From a virus (lineage: Duplodnaviria; Caudoviricetes): 64,000 nt of DNA. The notes beneath the pieces were generated by a model. It made no database searches. It was not told the DNA's origin and saw only the letters and a list, made by a program, of their open reading frames with translations. The first letter of the stretch is position 1, and every line of letters starts with the position of its first letter. A program made the translations under genes and the position numbers. The DNA lies in IMG/VR virus record IMGVR_UViG_3300035498_000371, positions 32,001 to 96,000 of that record, one strand, 5' to 3'. Of this stretch, positions 20,743 to 31,251 are shown piece by piece.

Positions 20743-21534
20743 CTACTCTTCTTCATTCATATTTATGATTGTATTTATATCTGCTGTAGATACGTTACCA
20801 ACCAATCTTTGTAATGCTAATTTGATATTAGTAATAACTATAGGAGCAATCTCGGGATTATTAATTGTGCTGCAATAATAATCTTTGAAGAAATTACCTT
20901 TATCAGCAAAAGCATTATCGAGAAACATTGTAAGTTGCTGATCTCTGTAAGTGCTCTGGAAGATATTAAGAAGAGTAACATCCATCTCACTGATATATTT
21001 AATAACGCTATTCATATTAGAGCTTATTGTAACGTATTTCTGGTCAGCATATACAAGCTTACCGTAATTAGAAGAGCTATCTCTGCTCTTCTTAATACCG
21101 TCTGTGGTCAGCATATTATACAATGAATCTTTGTTATTAACAATAAATGCCACGAAGAAGTTTGTCATAATATCATTTCTCCTACTTACAAGAAATTCAT
21201 ATAAGTAAGATGCTGCTGTAAATACATCAATCGTATCATCAACAGTATTGAATGTAAGATTATAAGCATTTGTAAGTATATCAATAATCTGCCTATAAAC
21301 TTGCTCTCTGATATTTCTTATATTCTGACTATCCCCTGGATAAGTCTGATTCATGATTTTGAAATTCTCTTCGAAAGCCTGTACGACATTCGGCTCTGGT
21401 AATTGGTTAGCATAGTTTACCCTTTGCAATTTATCATTGATAATTGAAAAAATATAATTGGAATCAAAATGAGCAATGACTTCAGAGAAGTCATATTCAT
21501 TACCAATTAAATAGGGCTGGAAATTTTCTATCAT
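20743..21534 (-). CDS. Hypothetical protein (263 aa)
   Basis: Long ORF; AACA-N6-TA at 21566..21577 (-). Confidence 0.8.
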   Translation of the reverse strand: MIENFQPYLIGNEYDFSEVIAHFDSNYIFSIINDKLQRVNYANQLPEPNVVQAFEENFKIMNQTYPGDSQNIRNIREQVYRQIIDILTNAYNLTFNTVDDTIDVFTAASYLYEFLVSRRNDIMTNFFVAFIVNNKDSLYNMLTTDGIKKSRDSSSNYGKLVYADQKYVTISSNMNSVIKYISEMDVTLLNIFQSTYRDQQLTMFLDNAFADKGNFFKDYYCSTINNPEIAPIVITNIKLALQRLVGNVSTADINTIINMNEEE

Positions 21535-21635
21535 AATTTTTATTCCTTCCTTTCTTTTATAAGTTTATCTATCTGTTTTTGCGCGATTATAAACTAAAAA
21601 TCATAGGAGAGGGCTTTGACCCTCTCCTTAAAGAC

Positions 21636-22496
21636 TTAGAAATTGAAATGATCATAATAACTGTAGTCTTCTCCCTCTATATATCCACGATACGCTTCAG
21701 GAACTGCTCCAACATTCTGGAATGGTTGATCGCTATCGTAATAATCATTGAGGGTATTAGTTGATTGATTATAGAAACCAATAAATACTGTGTCAGGCAC
21801 AGAGAACTCCGTCTGATCTCCAACAAAATTGGTTATAGGTACATTATCAGGAATATTGTATTTCTGTCTATACGCCCTTTCTCCTAAAGGAGTATTTACA
21901 AGAGATTCAAATCTTGCTTTCTCTTCTGCTCTACGATTATCAATAAAGTCTTGCATCTGAATTCCGCCAGCTTTAATAGCTGCATTAAGATCTCTTTCTA
22001 TCTCATTATTGAGCTCTGACTGAGTATTGAAATGCTCTACGATTTCTACTGTATCATCATCATAGTAATTGATCTCTTCATCTACATCTTCATCTGTTCG
22101 TATAGAAGTCTTCCGAATTCCATATCTTTCAGCAAGATTGATTCCTTCATACCATACATAAAGAGCCATAAGCATAGAGAATACCTGATCATCATGGGTA
22201 GAAGCTGAGTGCTCTACTTTACCATTTCTCTTAATCTCCATTCCAAGTAACTCATTGTAAATGATTGGAGATATTATCTTGTCTTTATGCATTTCTACAC
22301 GTTCTATCAAGATATCAATAAGTAGCTTTCTGATATCTCTGGTTGAATTGAGACCGTATTCTTTTATTCTAACCTGATGCTTGTAAGCATGAACACCATC
22401 TTGTCTCTCTTCTACCACTTTATCTTTAATCTCATAATAGAGATTTCTCTTTAATCCCATTTTAAGAAGCTTAGATATAACTGTACTACCGTAACC
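21636..22496 (-). CDS. terL: Terminase large subunit, exon 2
   Basis: GYGSTVISKL continues VNVERNG of exon 1; HDDQVFS nuclease motif. Boundary uncertain by a few nt. Confidence 0.8.
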   Translation of the reverse strand, partial: GYGSTVISKLLKMGLKRNLYYEIKDKVVEERQDGVHAYKHQVRIKEYGLNSTRDIRKLLIDILIERVEMHKDKIISPIIYNELLGMEIKRNGKVEHSASTHDDQVFSMLMALYVWYEGINLAERYGIRKTSIRTDEDVDEEINYYDDDTVEIVEHFNTQSELNNEIERDLNAAIKAGGIQMQDFIDNRRAEEKARFESLVNTPLGERAYRQKYNIPDNVPITNFVGDQTEFSVPDTVFIGFYNQSTNTLNDYYDSDQPFQNVGAVPEAYRGYIEGEDYSYYDHFNF

Positions 22497-23571
22497 ATTT
22501 GTGTTTAGATATATACGCAACTATATACCCCATGGTTGATTCCATGCATCCCCGTTACAGGGAATGATCAGACTATACGTACATCCTTAGAATACCTAAG
22601 GAGCTGGATTTTTCTTCCGCCATTAGCTTGCGGTTTTACATTAAGGCTTTCGCCGCCCACGCAATGGGCCAGTCGTTAGACGTAATATTAAATTATTGCA
22701 CAATACGAACCATATTTCTATATATTTTCTTTCCTGTCCTATCGATCATATATCCAGCATATGGACCAAATGCTATTTTTCTACCATTACCGACCATATT
22801 CTTTAGACTTATTTCTTCATAACCTATCAAATCGGAAACTTCTGATCTTCCATTACAGACTATTCTATCTTCATCGTCATTATACACTTCATAAATATTG
22901 ACTATTTTTACAGACTTAGCTGGAGAGGATTTTCTATCTTCTCTAAAAGCCTGAGATATATTGTCTGATTGGGTTCCCCATTTTAAATTGGAAACGTGAT
23001 TATTAAGTTTATCGTTATCTTTATGCATAACTACTGGTAGATTATCTGGATTCGGAATGAATGTTTTAGCCACTAATCTATGTATTGATTCATTCTTTCT
23101 ATGCCCATCGTCGCAATCTTCTAATGCTGTTCTCAAATAACCAGAATTGCTTACAGCAGTTCTCATAGTATGACCGTTTTCGTTTATTACAATTCCAGAT
23201 TCATTTATTTTATATTTTCCATTATATCCTGGTATTTCTTTCATCATGATTCTATTTCCTCCTTAAACTTTTGATAGAGCAAAATGGCTATATCATATTA
23301 TTTAAGAAGTTAATATTATTGTGCGTTATTAATATTTTCGTAACTGCACGTTGGCTTGTTAATAGTAGCTGCAGGATTTAACCATACTACCATCCTTATA
23401 TCTTTTTTCTGCTTTCGCCGCATTCACGCTTACCTTTTGAGTTACGTTGTAGCGATATAAGGCTCTTGACCAATGAGTCGCAGTTTTAACACAGGAGAAC
23501 TAACAGCTTCCGCTATTAGCTGTGGTATTTAAACCGTATTCTTTATATTACTTTATACGGCTTTATTTCTC
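22497..23571 (-). ncRNA. Group I intron in terL
   Basis: R element GTCTAACGACTG, S element CGTATAGTC, P9 hairpins, P1 ACGGU/GCCGU; contains an HNH ORF. Confidence 0.85.
22693..23247 (-). CDS. Intron-encoded NUMOD4/HNH homing endonuclease
   Basis: KEIPGYNGKYKINESG, IHRLVAKTFIPNP, VMHKDNDKLNNHVSNLKWGT; own RBS aaggagg. Confidence 0.9.
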   Translation of the reverse strand: MMKEIPGYNGKYKINESGIVINENGHTMRTAVSNSGYLRTALEDCDDGHRKNESIHRLVAKTFIPNPDNLPVVMHKDNDKLNNHVSNLKWGTQSDNISQAFREDRKSSPAKSVKIVNIYEVYNDDEDRIVCNGRSEVSDLIGYEEISLKNMVGNGRKIAFGPYAGYMIDRTGKKIYRNMVRIVQ

Positions 23572-25053
23572 ACCGTTCCTTTCCACATTTACCACCGCGT
23601 TCGGCATCCAATTCTTTACAATGAATTCAATACATCTTGCTAGGTCTAATGTAGAAATGTAGTTACAGTTCAAGCATCCTAGAACTTTGGTTGTTAAAGA
23701 GTCTATAACAGTGATTGTCGAACTATCCTGTTTATAACCACCAGCAACGTCGACGCCGATGATAGCAGGATAAGTTCTTGTATCAGCCTGTAAGTAAGTT
23801 TCAAATCTATACTTACCAAGCAAATATACTTCAGATATTGGTTGCCTAAGTAATCCAGAAATTGTATCAAGATCTTCTTCTCTAAATGGAGAATTCTCAA
23901 CTCCAGTAGCCCACTCAAGAAGAATCTCACGTCTGATATCAGGCCATGAATTCTTAAGCAATCTACATACTTCCTGGAACCATTCCTCAGAACATCCAAG
24001 TTGCTGATATGTATAACGAATGTATACATAATCAGAATTGTTATTAGCGTTAATAATCTCCATAAGCTGTAGATATGATTTATCATACCAGCTTTCAGAG
24101 AATGGAGTTGCAGCCTCTTTCATAGCATAAGCTTCTTTTCCTTCAGGAGTTGTCATAAATCCTGGAGTTGTAGTTATTGTAATACCATAAGGGGCATGAT
24201 TGTTCTTTGCTATAGAAGAAGCAGTCTTATACGCAGGTGCACCATTCATATAAATAATATCATTAAATGGCAAGAAAGCGTACTCATCATACCACATCAA
24301 AACGAGAGTTTTACCCCTGAGTAATGATGCTGCTTTTGCTTTATTTGTAGCAGAAGCAAACGTTTTGATGGTATTGTTGTTATAAGGATTTACTACTTCC
24401 GTTGTATTATTCTTACCTTTATCTAATTTACCATCTGGAGTTATACGCTCTTTAAGAATAAGATATGGTGGTAATAAATCCCTCATATCTTTCATGGCTG
24501 TAAGGTTGTCTGTAGAACCAGCCATATTCTTATGCAAGAATGCCATTTTAGAGTTAGTAGTACCAAAGTTATATAAATAAAGATATCTTACAATTACAGC
24601 GGTTGTTTTTCCACGCTGACGTGGCTCCTCAAAGAATATATTTAAGTTTAATGAAGCACAAAAGTTATATGCTAAATTACCTCTATCGAGTTTGTAAGGC
24701 ATCGGTCCAGAACCAGTAGATGGTAACCTTACAACCTCCCTGATGAAATACCAATAGTTACATATACACTCTCTAAGGATCTTTTGTTTATAGTACACAT
24801 TAAGATTCGGATCATATGGATTAATACCATCAAGATCTGGATCTATAAGTGCAAGCATAAACTCATTATTCTTAATTCCAATGGATTTAAGATAATGGTG
24901 CATGTCTAGGAAACTTTTGTTTTTAGTCGTTTTCTGACTATAAACAGTTCTTATAGGTGGTGGTTGATGCATTTGAGGCGGTGGCATTTGTTGTCGCTGC
25001 ATCTGAGCATTAAATGGAATATAAGACGGAGTAACAATGTTCCCATAAGGCAT
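23572..25053 (-). CDS. terL: Terminase large subunit, exon 1
   Basis: Walker A PRQRGKT, Walker B LMWYDE, motif III TTTP, RNase H IIGVDVAGG; AACA-N6-TA at 25082..25093 (-). Confidence 0.9.
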
Positions 25054-25183
25054 TTAAGATCTCCTCCTTTCTATTTTGCATTAAGTAAATGTTCCGCCTG
25101 GCAAAATCATAAGAGTTAAAATATATTATGACTTTATATTAAAGCTTTAGGCTTAAATATAATATTTTAAGGAGGAACAAATT

Positions 25184-25756
25184 ATGGCATTCAACAAACA
25201 GGCAGAGATTACAGCTATGATCTCAGATCCTAAGTACACATCAGATTGGATTGCTGCATCAACAGATCTTCTTGAGAAATATCCAGATCAGGGAGTGGAT
25301 ATGGAACATCTTAAAAACTCTGGACTTACAGCCATGCAGATCAATATCGTTGCTGAATTGGTAAAGCATTTCAACAATGATTTCTTATCAGCATACGAGT
25401 TCGTTGCAAATAACAAATACAACGATACACAGCTGCAGGTTATCATGAAGGCATTAGATGATGGAATGGCTTTCGATGATGTGATGAGCATTGCTGACGA
25501 TTCAACATCTTATGCTAAACTCAATTGGTTACTGATAGGTGTTAAGGAAGGGCTCGACAACTTCAGAGATCCTATCTATAAGAACTATCATCCAGATCAG
25601 TTACAGGAGATTTACTCTAGCTGGAAGGATGGAGTTAAGTTCGATGATTTCGATAGAGTAGATTTCGATGCAAGACTTATGCAGGTTATTCGTCATGCAC
25701 GTTGCATTGGTCTTACAGTTGAGATTAGCGACGAAAAGAAACTGACAATATATTAA
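25184..25756 (+). CDS. Helical-repeat hypothetical protein
   Basis: Repeats YNDTQLQVIMKALDDG, YHPDQLQEIYSSWKDG, FDARLMQVIRHARCIG; RBS aaggagg. Confidence 0.7.
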   Translation: MAFNKQAEITAMISDPKYTSDWIAASTDLLEKYPDQGVDMEHLKNSGLTAMQINIVAELVKHFNNDFLSAYEFVANNKYNDTQLQVIMKALDDGMAFDDVMSIADDSTSYAKLNWLLIGVKEGLDNFRDPIYKNYHPDQLQEIYSSWKDGVKFDDFDRVDFDARLMQVIRHARCIGLTVEISDEKKLTIY

Positions 25757-25878
25757 AGACGAAGTTTATATCTTATTAAGGCTGATTATATCCTATAAAT
25801 TTACAATTCTCAGTGCAAAAAATAATAAGCAAAACGGACCGGACTAGGCTATTATGCCTAGTCCATACGTTCCGCTTT

Positions 25879-27630
25879 TTATAGTTTAACAATATTAGAA
25901 TAATTCACTGAATCATTATCTAAACGATTCAATCCAATAGACTGTAATGGGAAGTTCTTTAATGAATCACTAATGATTTCTCCAAAGTCTACAAACTCTA
26001 ATACCCATTTTGGTACTGGGCTATCTAACGGTAATGCTATTACATTAACCTTAGAACCAAGAGTTGGAGAATCTAGTAATCTACATAACTTCTCATACTC
26101 TACTGGATAAAGATCTTTAATCTTGCTTACATTCTTCTTAGTAACATCGATCTTGATCTTTATAATAGAATTTCTTTCCTCAAGGTTTATTGCTGGCATA
26201 TCATCATCTCTCATTTCATTATAAATGAGGCACGCTACTATACCATTAATTTCAAGAGGATTCTTACCATACGAACTCATTGCAGCTACATTATCTGGTC
26301 GATAATATTTTGTTTCTCCGTTCATTATGCTATCATAAATACTGTTCTCCATCATAACTAATTTCTTCATAATAGCAATCTGATCAATATTATCTGCATT
26401 CATGATATCTTCGTAAAGAATCTCTTTGAACTCACTCTTAATATCGTCAGGAAGAGTAGATTTATCTATTGGTAATCCTGCTATGGCCAATCTACTACCC
26501 TCCGGTATTATATTTCCTTCCTGTAGCATTTGTAGCGATGCATAATTACGTCTATGGATTGTTAATAATGCTCTTAAGAAATAGAATTCGTTCTTCATCA
26601 CCATTCTGCATTTTGTTCCTTCGACATAGCTTCCTGTAAGTTTTGTATATTCATTCAAATAATCGACTACAAGAGCACTACATACGTAAGCTATGATATT
26701 TATAATTGAATACTTCAAAGAATCCTGAGGGATAAGTTTCGCAGGTTCAATATATCGATCCAGTTCGATAGTTTCATCTGTATAGAAATCATAATCAAGT
26801 CTTTGTTCTACTATCTCGCACATTACTCGTTTTTTATGATCTCCAAACTCATCTGGATCTGCAATATCAACCATATTAAATTTCTCTCTCTTAATCTTCA
26901 TAGGAATATTATAAACTTTATCCAGTACGAATCTATACCATGCGTCGAATGATACAATAGTACTATCTGTATCTACTATACAAACTGCGTCACGCTGCAT
27001 ATACTCTATTCTATCCAGCTTGTCTATATAGAAGTGAGGATAATATACATATTCCTTAATAAGATCTACAAGAATATCTAGTTCTTTTCTTATAGTCTTC
27101 GGTGGTTTATTAGGATTCATAAAGATATTAGGAGTAATCTTTTCCTTACCATCTTTACCCTCCTCGAATAATGGAGCACCGCCGAGATTACTAAGAATCT
27201 TAATAAGAAGATCTGTAACTACTGGAAGATCACAAAACGTATATAGATTATTCTTATAATATAATCTATTAATATCCTCCTGTGGAAGATCTCTTAGATA
27301 CTCCCATACCAAACCCATTTCCTTTTCGGTCGGTATCCACACTGCCATATCAGCAGTATTCATAAGCTTATAAAAACATTCTGCTACTGTAATATCCCTA
27401 TCCAGTATAGCAGAATCCAAACAATGACGATTATCTTTTTCATGCTCAACGTTATTTATAAACGTAATTACTTCATTTAAACTATTGAATTTTATATTAT
27501 TCGCCAATAAGGATTCAAATAAAGTAATACTGCATGATATATAAGATCTACCTTGTCTAGTAACTGCCTCTGCTACATATAGATTATAATACATAGACGT
27601 TGGAGCTCCTAGAACACCGTAAGTTGCGTT
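25879..27630 (-). CDS. polB: Family B DNA polymerase C-terminal subunit, exon 2
   Basis: Begins NATYGVLGAPTSMYYN; VTRQGR; motif C VDTDS; RRNYA. Confidence 0.9.
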   Translation of the reverse strand, partial: NATYGVLGAPTSMYYNLYVAEAVTRQGRSYISCSITLFESLLANNIKFNSLNEVITFINNVEHEKDNRHCLDSAILDRDITVAECFYKLMNTADMAVWIPTEKEMGLVWEYLRDLPQEDINRLYYKNNLYTFCDLPVVTDLLIKILSNLGGAPLFEEGKDGKEKITPNIFMNPNKPPKTIRKELDILVDLIKEYVYYPHFYIDKLDRIEYMQRDAVCIVDTDSTIVSFDAWYRFVLDKVYNIPMKIKREKFNMVDIADPDEFGDHKKRVMCEIVEQRLDYDFYTDETIELDRYIEPAKLIPQDSLKYSIINIIAYVCSALVVDYLNEYTKLTGSYVEGTKCRMVMKNEFYFLRALLTIHRRNYASLQMLQEGNIIPEGSRLAIAGLPIDKSTLPDDIKSEFKEILYEDIMNADNIDQIAIMKKLVMMENSIYDSIMNGETKYYRPDNVAAMSSYGKNPLEINGIVACLIYNEMRDDDMPAINLEERNSIIKIKIDVTKKNVSKIKDLYPVEYEKLCRLLDSPTLGSKVNVIALPLDSPVPKWVLEFVDFGEIISDSLKNFPLQSIGLNRLDNDSVNYSNIVKL

Positions 27631-28238
27631 CCGTTAACCTTATTTAATTAAAATAAGCGAGACTATATCTTCATCTTAGTAAGATGCCGTGCGCTTCCAT
27701 TTAAAGGGTTCTCACCTACCAGCATGTAATACTGGCCGTACTCCTGTAGACGAATTTCACGTCCCATATGGGGATAGTCGTTGAACTTCATTTGATATTT
27801 TACCTATATAATTAATAAAATGAATATAAAAATGCGCAACACTCACATGAGCCTATAAATTTATCGTAATAACGATCATAATAAGTTGTAGTATTATATG
27901 AGGCGCATTCATGAGAATCTGGCAGCCATTTCCATTTCTCATTATTTATTATTGCTGGTAGTAATTTATTATTTATTGAACTTTCAATATTATTATTATT
28001 CATAATTATGCCTCCCTTTTAAAATATCAAATATTAGCTGCTGATTAGACATTGTAATCGGATTTTAGCACCTTTAATAACTACGGTTATTATTAAAGGC
28101 TTTTATCTCAGCATGATCCATCTCTCTACTTGTTTCTGACTTTCGTCTCCATATAAATGGCAAGAGAGCATTAGCCTTTCCCAGCAATTCACACAGTAGT
28201 TTTTGCTATGCGTCACCGCATAACCCGCCTAGCCATTA
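27631..28238 (-). ncRNA. Group I intron in polB-C (608 nt)
   Basis: 5' site ...AAC GCU|UAA, 3' site ...UAACGG|AAC; R GTTCAACGACTA, S AAGATATAGTC; splicing restores motif B KLNANATYG. Confidence 0.9.
27812..28003 (-). pseudogene. Probable remnant of an intron homing endonuclease
   Basis: 63-aa ORF with strong RBS agggagg inside the intron; NEKWKWLP resembles a NUMOD4 start; no HNH core. Confidence 0.45.
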
Positions 28239-28655
28239 AGCGTTTAATTTTTCTAGCAACTGAAATAAATTATATTTTTCAAACTCTGCAGATCCTTTAG
28301 GATATTTGAACATTGTTGATTTGTATTCAGCTCTTTTTACTAAGAAACCATTAATCATCTTACTTAATGGATTCTCTGCTTCTTTGTGTTTCTTAAATAA
28401 AACACCGCTGGATGTAACTATAGGTTCTAGACTTTCTATATATTTTAGAATATCAAGAACCGTACCATCCATTCTCTTTTTAGTGTAATTATTATCTAAA
28501 GATGCTGGACCATTATATAGTCGACTATTAATAGACCAATCAATGGCTTTAGATAATTCCTCTGGATGTAATCCGGGGAATGAATGTCGTAATCCTTCCA
28601 TCATGACTTGCTTATACTCATTGATGGGTTTAAGATTTAAACTATTTTGCTGCAT
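28239..28655 (-). CDS. polB: Family B DNA polymerase C-terminal subunit, exon 1 (fingers)
   Basis: GVLF...NPLSKMINGFLVKRAEYK...QLLEKLNA. Confidence 0.88.
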
Positions 28656-28804
28656 TCTTTAACCTCCTTTTCTTTATCGCATTTATAATATGCGCTTTAA
28701 TTTAAAGTTTTCCATGCTATAAAATGCAAAGATGAATCCAATAACATCATATTAAATAATTCAGCTGAGAATTGTTAATTCAAACTATTAAGGAGGTAAG
28801 TATA

Positions 28805-29302
28805 ATGATTTTCACTCATGAAAATGATAATACCATTGGTAGCCCTATTGAAGACGAAGTTGATAAGGTTATAAATAAAGACCCAGACACTCCAGAGGGT
28901 ATTGCCAGCATTGCAGCTGATGTAGAAAATCTTATGATGCAGTCTGCATTGGAATCAGCGTCTTACTTTGAGAATGGTGAAGAGGGTGTTAAGAACTTTA
29001 CTGAATCTGCAGAGGTTCAGCAGTTGCTTGAGGCTCGTAAGATGAGTAAGAAGACTCTTGTTCGTCTTGGTAAGAATGATGATTTCACTCGTCGTAAGCA
29101 TCTTGCTGCTATTGTTATTGCTAAGGAGAAGAATGATACTCTTTTCCATCAGTTAGCGCTTAACAGAGTTAAAGAGCGTAAGCTTAGAAACCTCATCTTC
29201 AAAAAGTATGAGAACAAGGCTACATTGGTAGCAAAGCAGAGTCAGAAGGAACATATCAAGGCTATGAAGAAAATGCCTTCCCTTCCAGTTATCAAATTCT
29301 AG
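28805..29302 (+). CDS. Hypothetical late (probably virion) protein
   Basis: RBS aaggagg; AACA-N6-TA at 28743..28754; acidic N-terminus with xxE-S/A sites, basic C-terminus. Confidence 0.7.
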   Translation: MIFTHENDNTIGSPIEDEVDKVINKDPDTPEGIASIAADVENLMMQSALESASYFENGEEGVKNFTESAEVQQLLEARKMSKKTLVRLGKNDDFTRRKHLAAIVIAKEKNDTLFHQLALNRVKERKLRNLIFKKYENKATLVAKQSQKEHIKAMKKMPSLPVIKF

Positions 29303-29451
29303 CGTAATACACGCTATGCAATGTCTACAACACAATATAAGGTCGTTGGGCATTTGTCCAACGGCCTATGGTTTGTCCTCTGAACATAAAACTAATGACT
29401 AAAATAATTTATATTTAGTCTCAAAAAATATTTTTATAAGGAGGTCATATT

Positions 29452-31086
29452 ATGGCAAACACAGTTGATAAGGTTATAGCAATTGCTAAAGCCGAAGTAG
29501 GTTATGTGGAGAAAGCTAGTAATAAGGATTTGTATGACAAGACCGCCAATGCAGGTAGTGCTAACTATACTAAGTACGGTTATGAGATGCACCAGCTCTA
29601 TCCATCAGTAATGGATTTCCCAGCAGCATGGTGTGATTGTTTTGTAGATTGGTGCTTCTACAAAGCATACGGAGTGTCTAACGCTAAAGCACTTCTTGGA
29701 GGTAACTTCGATGATTATACTGTAAATTCAGCACAACTCTATAAGAATAAGGGAGCTTATTATAAGTCAAATCCTCAGATTGGAGACCAGATTTTCTTCA
29801 AGAATTCATCTAGAATCTGCCACACGGGTTTAGTATATAACGTAGATTCTAATTACGTTTATACTGTTGAAGGAAATACATCGACTGCAGCTGGAGTAGT
29901 TGCAAATGGTGGCGGTGTAGCACTCAAGAAATATACTCTTAGTTATGCTAGTATTGATGGTTATGGAAGACCTAAATATGATACTGCTAGCACCACTACA
30001 TCAAGTGTAGCATCTACTCAGTCCACAGGAGTTGATGAAAAGACAATCTGGAATTATCTTATTGGTAAAGGATTGAACGCATTTGCCGCTGCAGGTCTTA
30101 TGGGCAATCTGTATGCTGAAAGTGGATTAAAACCAAATAACTTACAGAATACTTATGAGAAGAAACTTGGAATGACAGACGTGCAGTACACTGAAGCTGT
30201 AGATAATGGTTCTTATACAAACTTTGCTAAAGATGCTGCTGGTTATGGATTAGCTCAGTGGACTTATCATACTCGTAAACAGGGATTATTGGATCTCGCT
30301 AAATCTAAGAGCGTTTCTATCAGTAATCTCTCTATGCAGCTTGATTATTTATGGAGCGAATTGCAGGGTTATTCTACAGTAATTAAAACTCTCAAAGCAG
30401 CTACGTCGGTAAAAGAAGCTTCTGATGCGGTATTAACAGGATTTGAGAAACCTGCAGATACTAGTGATACTGTTAAAACAAAGAGGGCTGGATACGGTCA
30501 GGAATATTATAATAAATATTCTGGAGCATCTAATGCTACAGCTTCTACCACTACTGTAAATAATACTGTAAAGACAACTACCACTGCGGCTTCTTCATCT
30601 ACAGTTCCTGCAGTTGCTTCAGGAACACCTAATCTGAAATCTGGTTCTACTGGAGCACAGGTTACTTTACTTCAGCATGATTTAAATTATGTAATGAAGT
30701 CTGGACTTACGGTGGATGGAAGCTTTGGCGCTAAGACTAAAGCAGCTGTTATCGCATTCCAGAAGAAATATGGATTAACAGCAGATGGAATCTATGGCTC
30801 TAATTCTCAGAAGAAGATGGAAGCAGCCCTTAAAGGAAGTACAACTTCAGTTGTTCCTTCAGTAGCAGCTGGTTCTCCTACACTTAAGAAAGGAAGCAAG
30901 GGTGCTCAGGTTAAACTCTTACAGCAGGATCTTAATTATCTACTTAATAGTGGTTTAACTGTAGATGGAGACTTTGGAACTGCTACATATAATGCAGTAG
31001 TTGCATTCCAGAAGAAATATGGATTAACAGCAGATGGAAAGTATGGCCCAGCATCTTGCACTAAAATGAAATCCCTTCTTGGTTAA
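29452..31086 (+). CDS. Modular cell-wall hydrolase/endolysin (CHAP + phage tail lysozyme-like + two PG-binding domains)
   Basis: WCDCFV...HTGLV...EGN; AAGLMGNLYAESGL...GYGLAQWT; two LKxGS.G.QV..LQ..LN...DG.FG..T..AV.AFQ repeats; AACA-N6-TA at 29383..29394. Confidence 0.9.
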   Translation: MANTVDKVIAIAKAEVGYVEKASNKDLYDKTANAGSANYTKYGYEMHQLYPSVMDFPAAWCDCFVDWCFYKAYGVSNAKALLGGNFDDYTVNSAQLYKNKGAYYKSNPQIGDQIFFKNSSRICHTGLVYNVDSNYVYTVEGNTSTAAGVVANGGGVALKKYTLSYASIDGYGRPKYDTASTTTSSVASTQSTGVDEKTIWNYLIGKGLNAFAAAGLMGNLYAESGLKPNNLQNTYEKKLGMTDVQYTEAVDNGSYTNFAKDAAGYGLAQWTYHTRKQGLLDLAKSKSVSISNLSMQLDYLWSELQGYSTVIKTLKAATSVKEASDAVLTGFEKPADTSDTVKTKRAGYGQEYYNKYSGASNATASTTTVNNTVKTTTTAASSSTVPAVASGTPNLKSGSTGAQVTLLQHDLNYVMKSGLTVDGSFGAKTKAAVIAFQKKYGLTADGIYGSNSQKKMEAALKGSTTSVVPSVAAGSPTLKKGSKGAQVKLLQQDLNYLLNSGLTVDGDFGTATYNAVVAFQKKYGLTADGKYGPASCTKMKSLLG

Positions 31087-31111
31087 TCATATACCTACAA
31101 GATAAGTTGAT

Positions 31112-31135
31112 CAGAGGACGGGAAACTGTCCTCTG
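31112..31135 (+). terminator. Intrinsic terminator after lysin
   Basis: cagaggacg-ggaaac-tgtcctctg. Confidence 0.65.
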
Positions 31136-31156
31136 TAAACTTTTACAAATTAATAT

Positions 31157-31168
31157 AACAATCTGGTA
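31157..31168 (+). promoter_or_regulatory. Late-type promoter for the RNA cluster
   Basis: AACAatctggTA 10 nt before the tRNA-like element. Confidence 0.6.
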
Positions 31169-31178
31169 ATGATGTAGA

Positions 31179-31251
31179 GTTCTGATAGCTCAAAGGGATA
31201 GAGCAAAGTATTTTTATATTTGATAATAGGTCCGAATCCTATTTCAGAAAT
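31179..31251 (+). tRNA. Degenerate tRNA / tRNA-like element
   Basis: Acceptor ttctga/tcagaa, D arm gctc/gagc, T arm atagg-tccgaat-cctat; irregular AU-rich anticodon arm and TCC instead of TTC. Confidence 0.55.

Noticed and set aside
22497-23573. Group II intron reading (GUGAG...AU ends)
   Set aside because: No domain V seen, group I R/S/P9 elements are present, and that join is out of frame.
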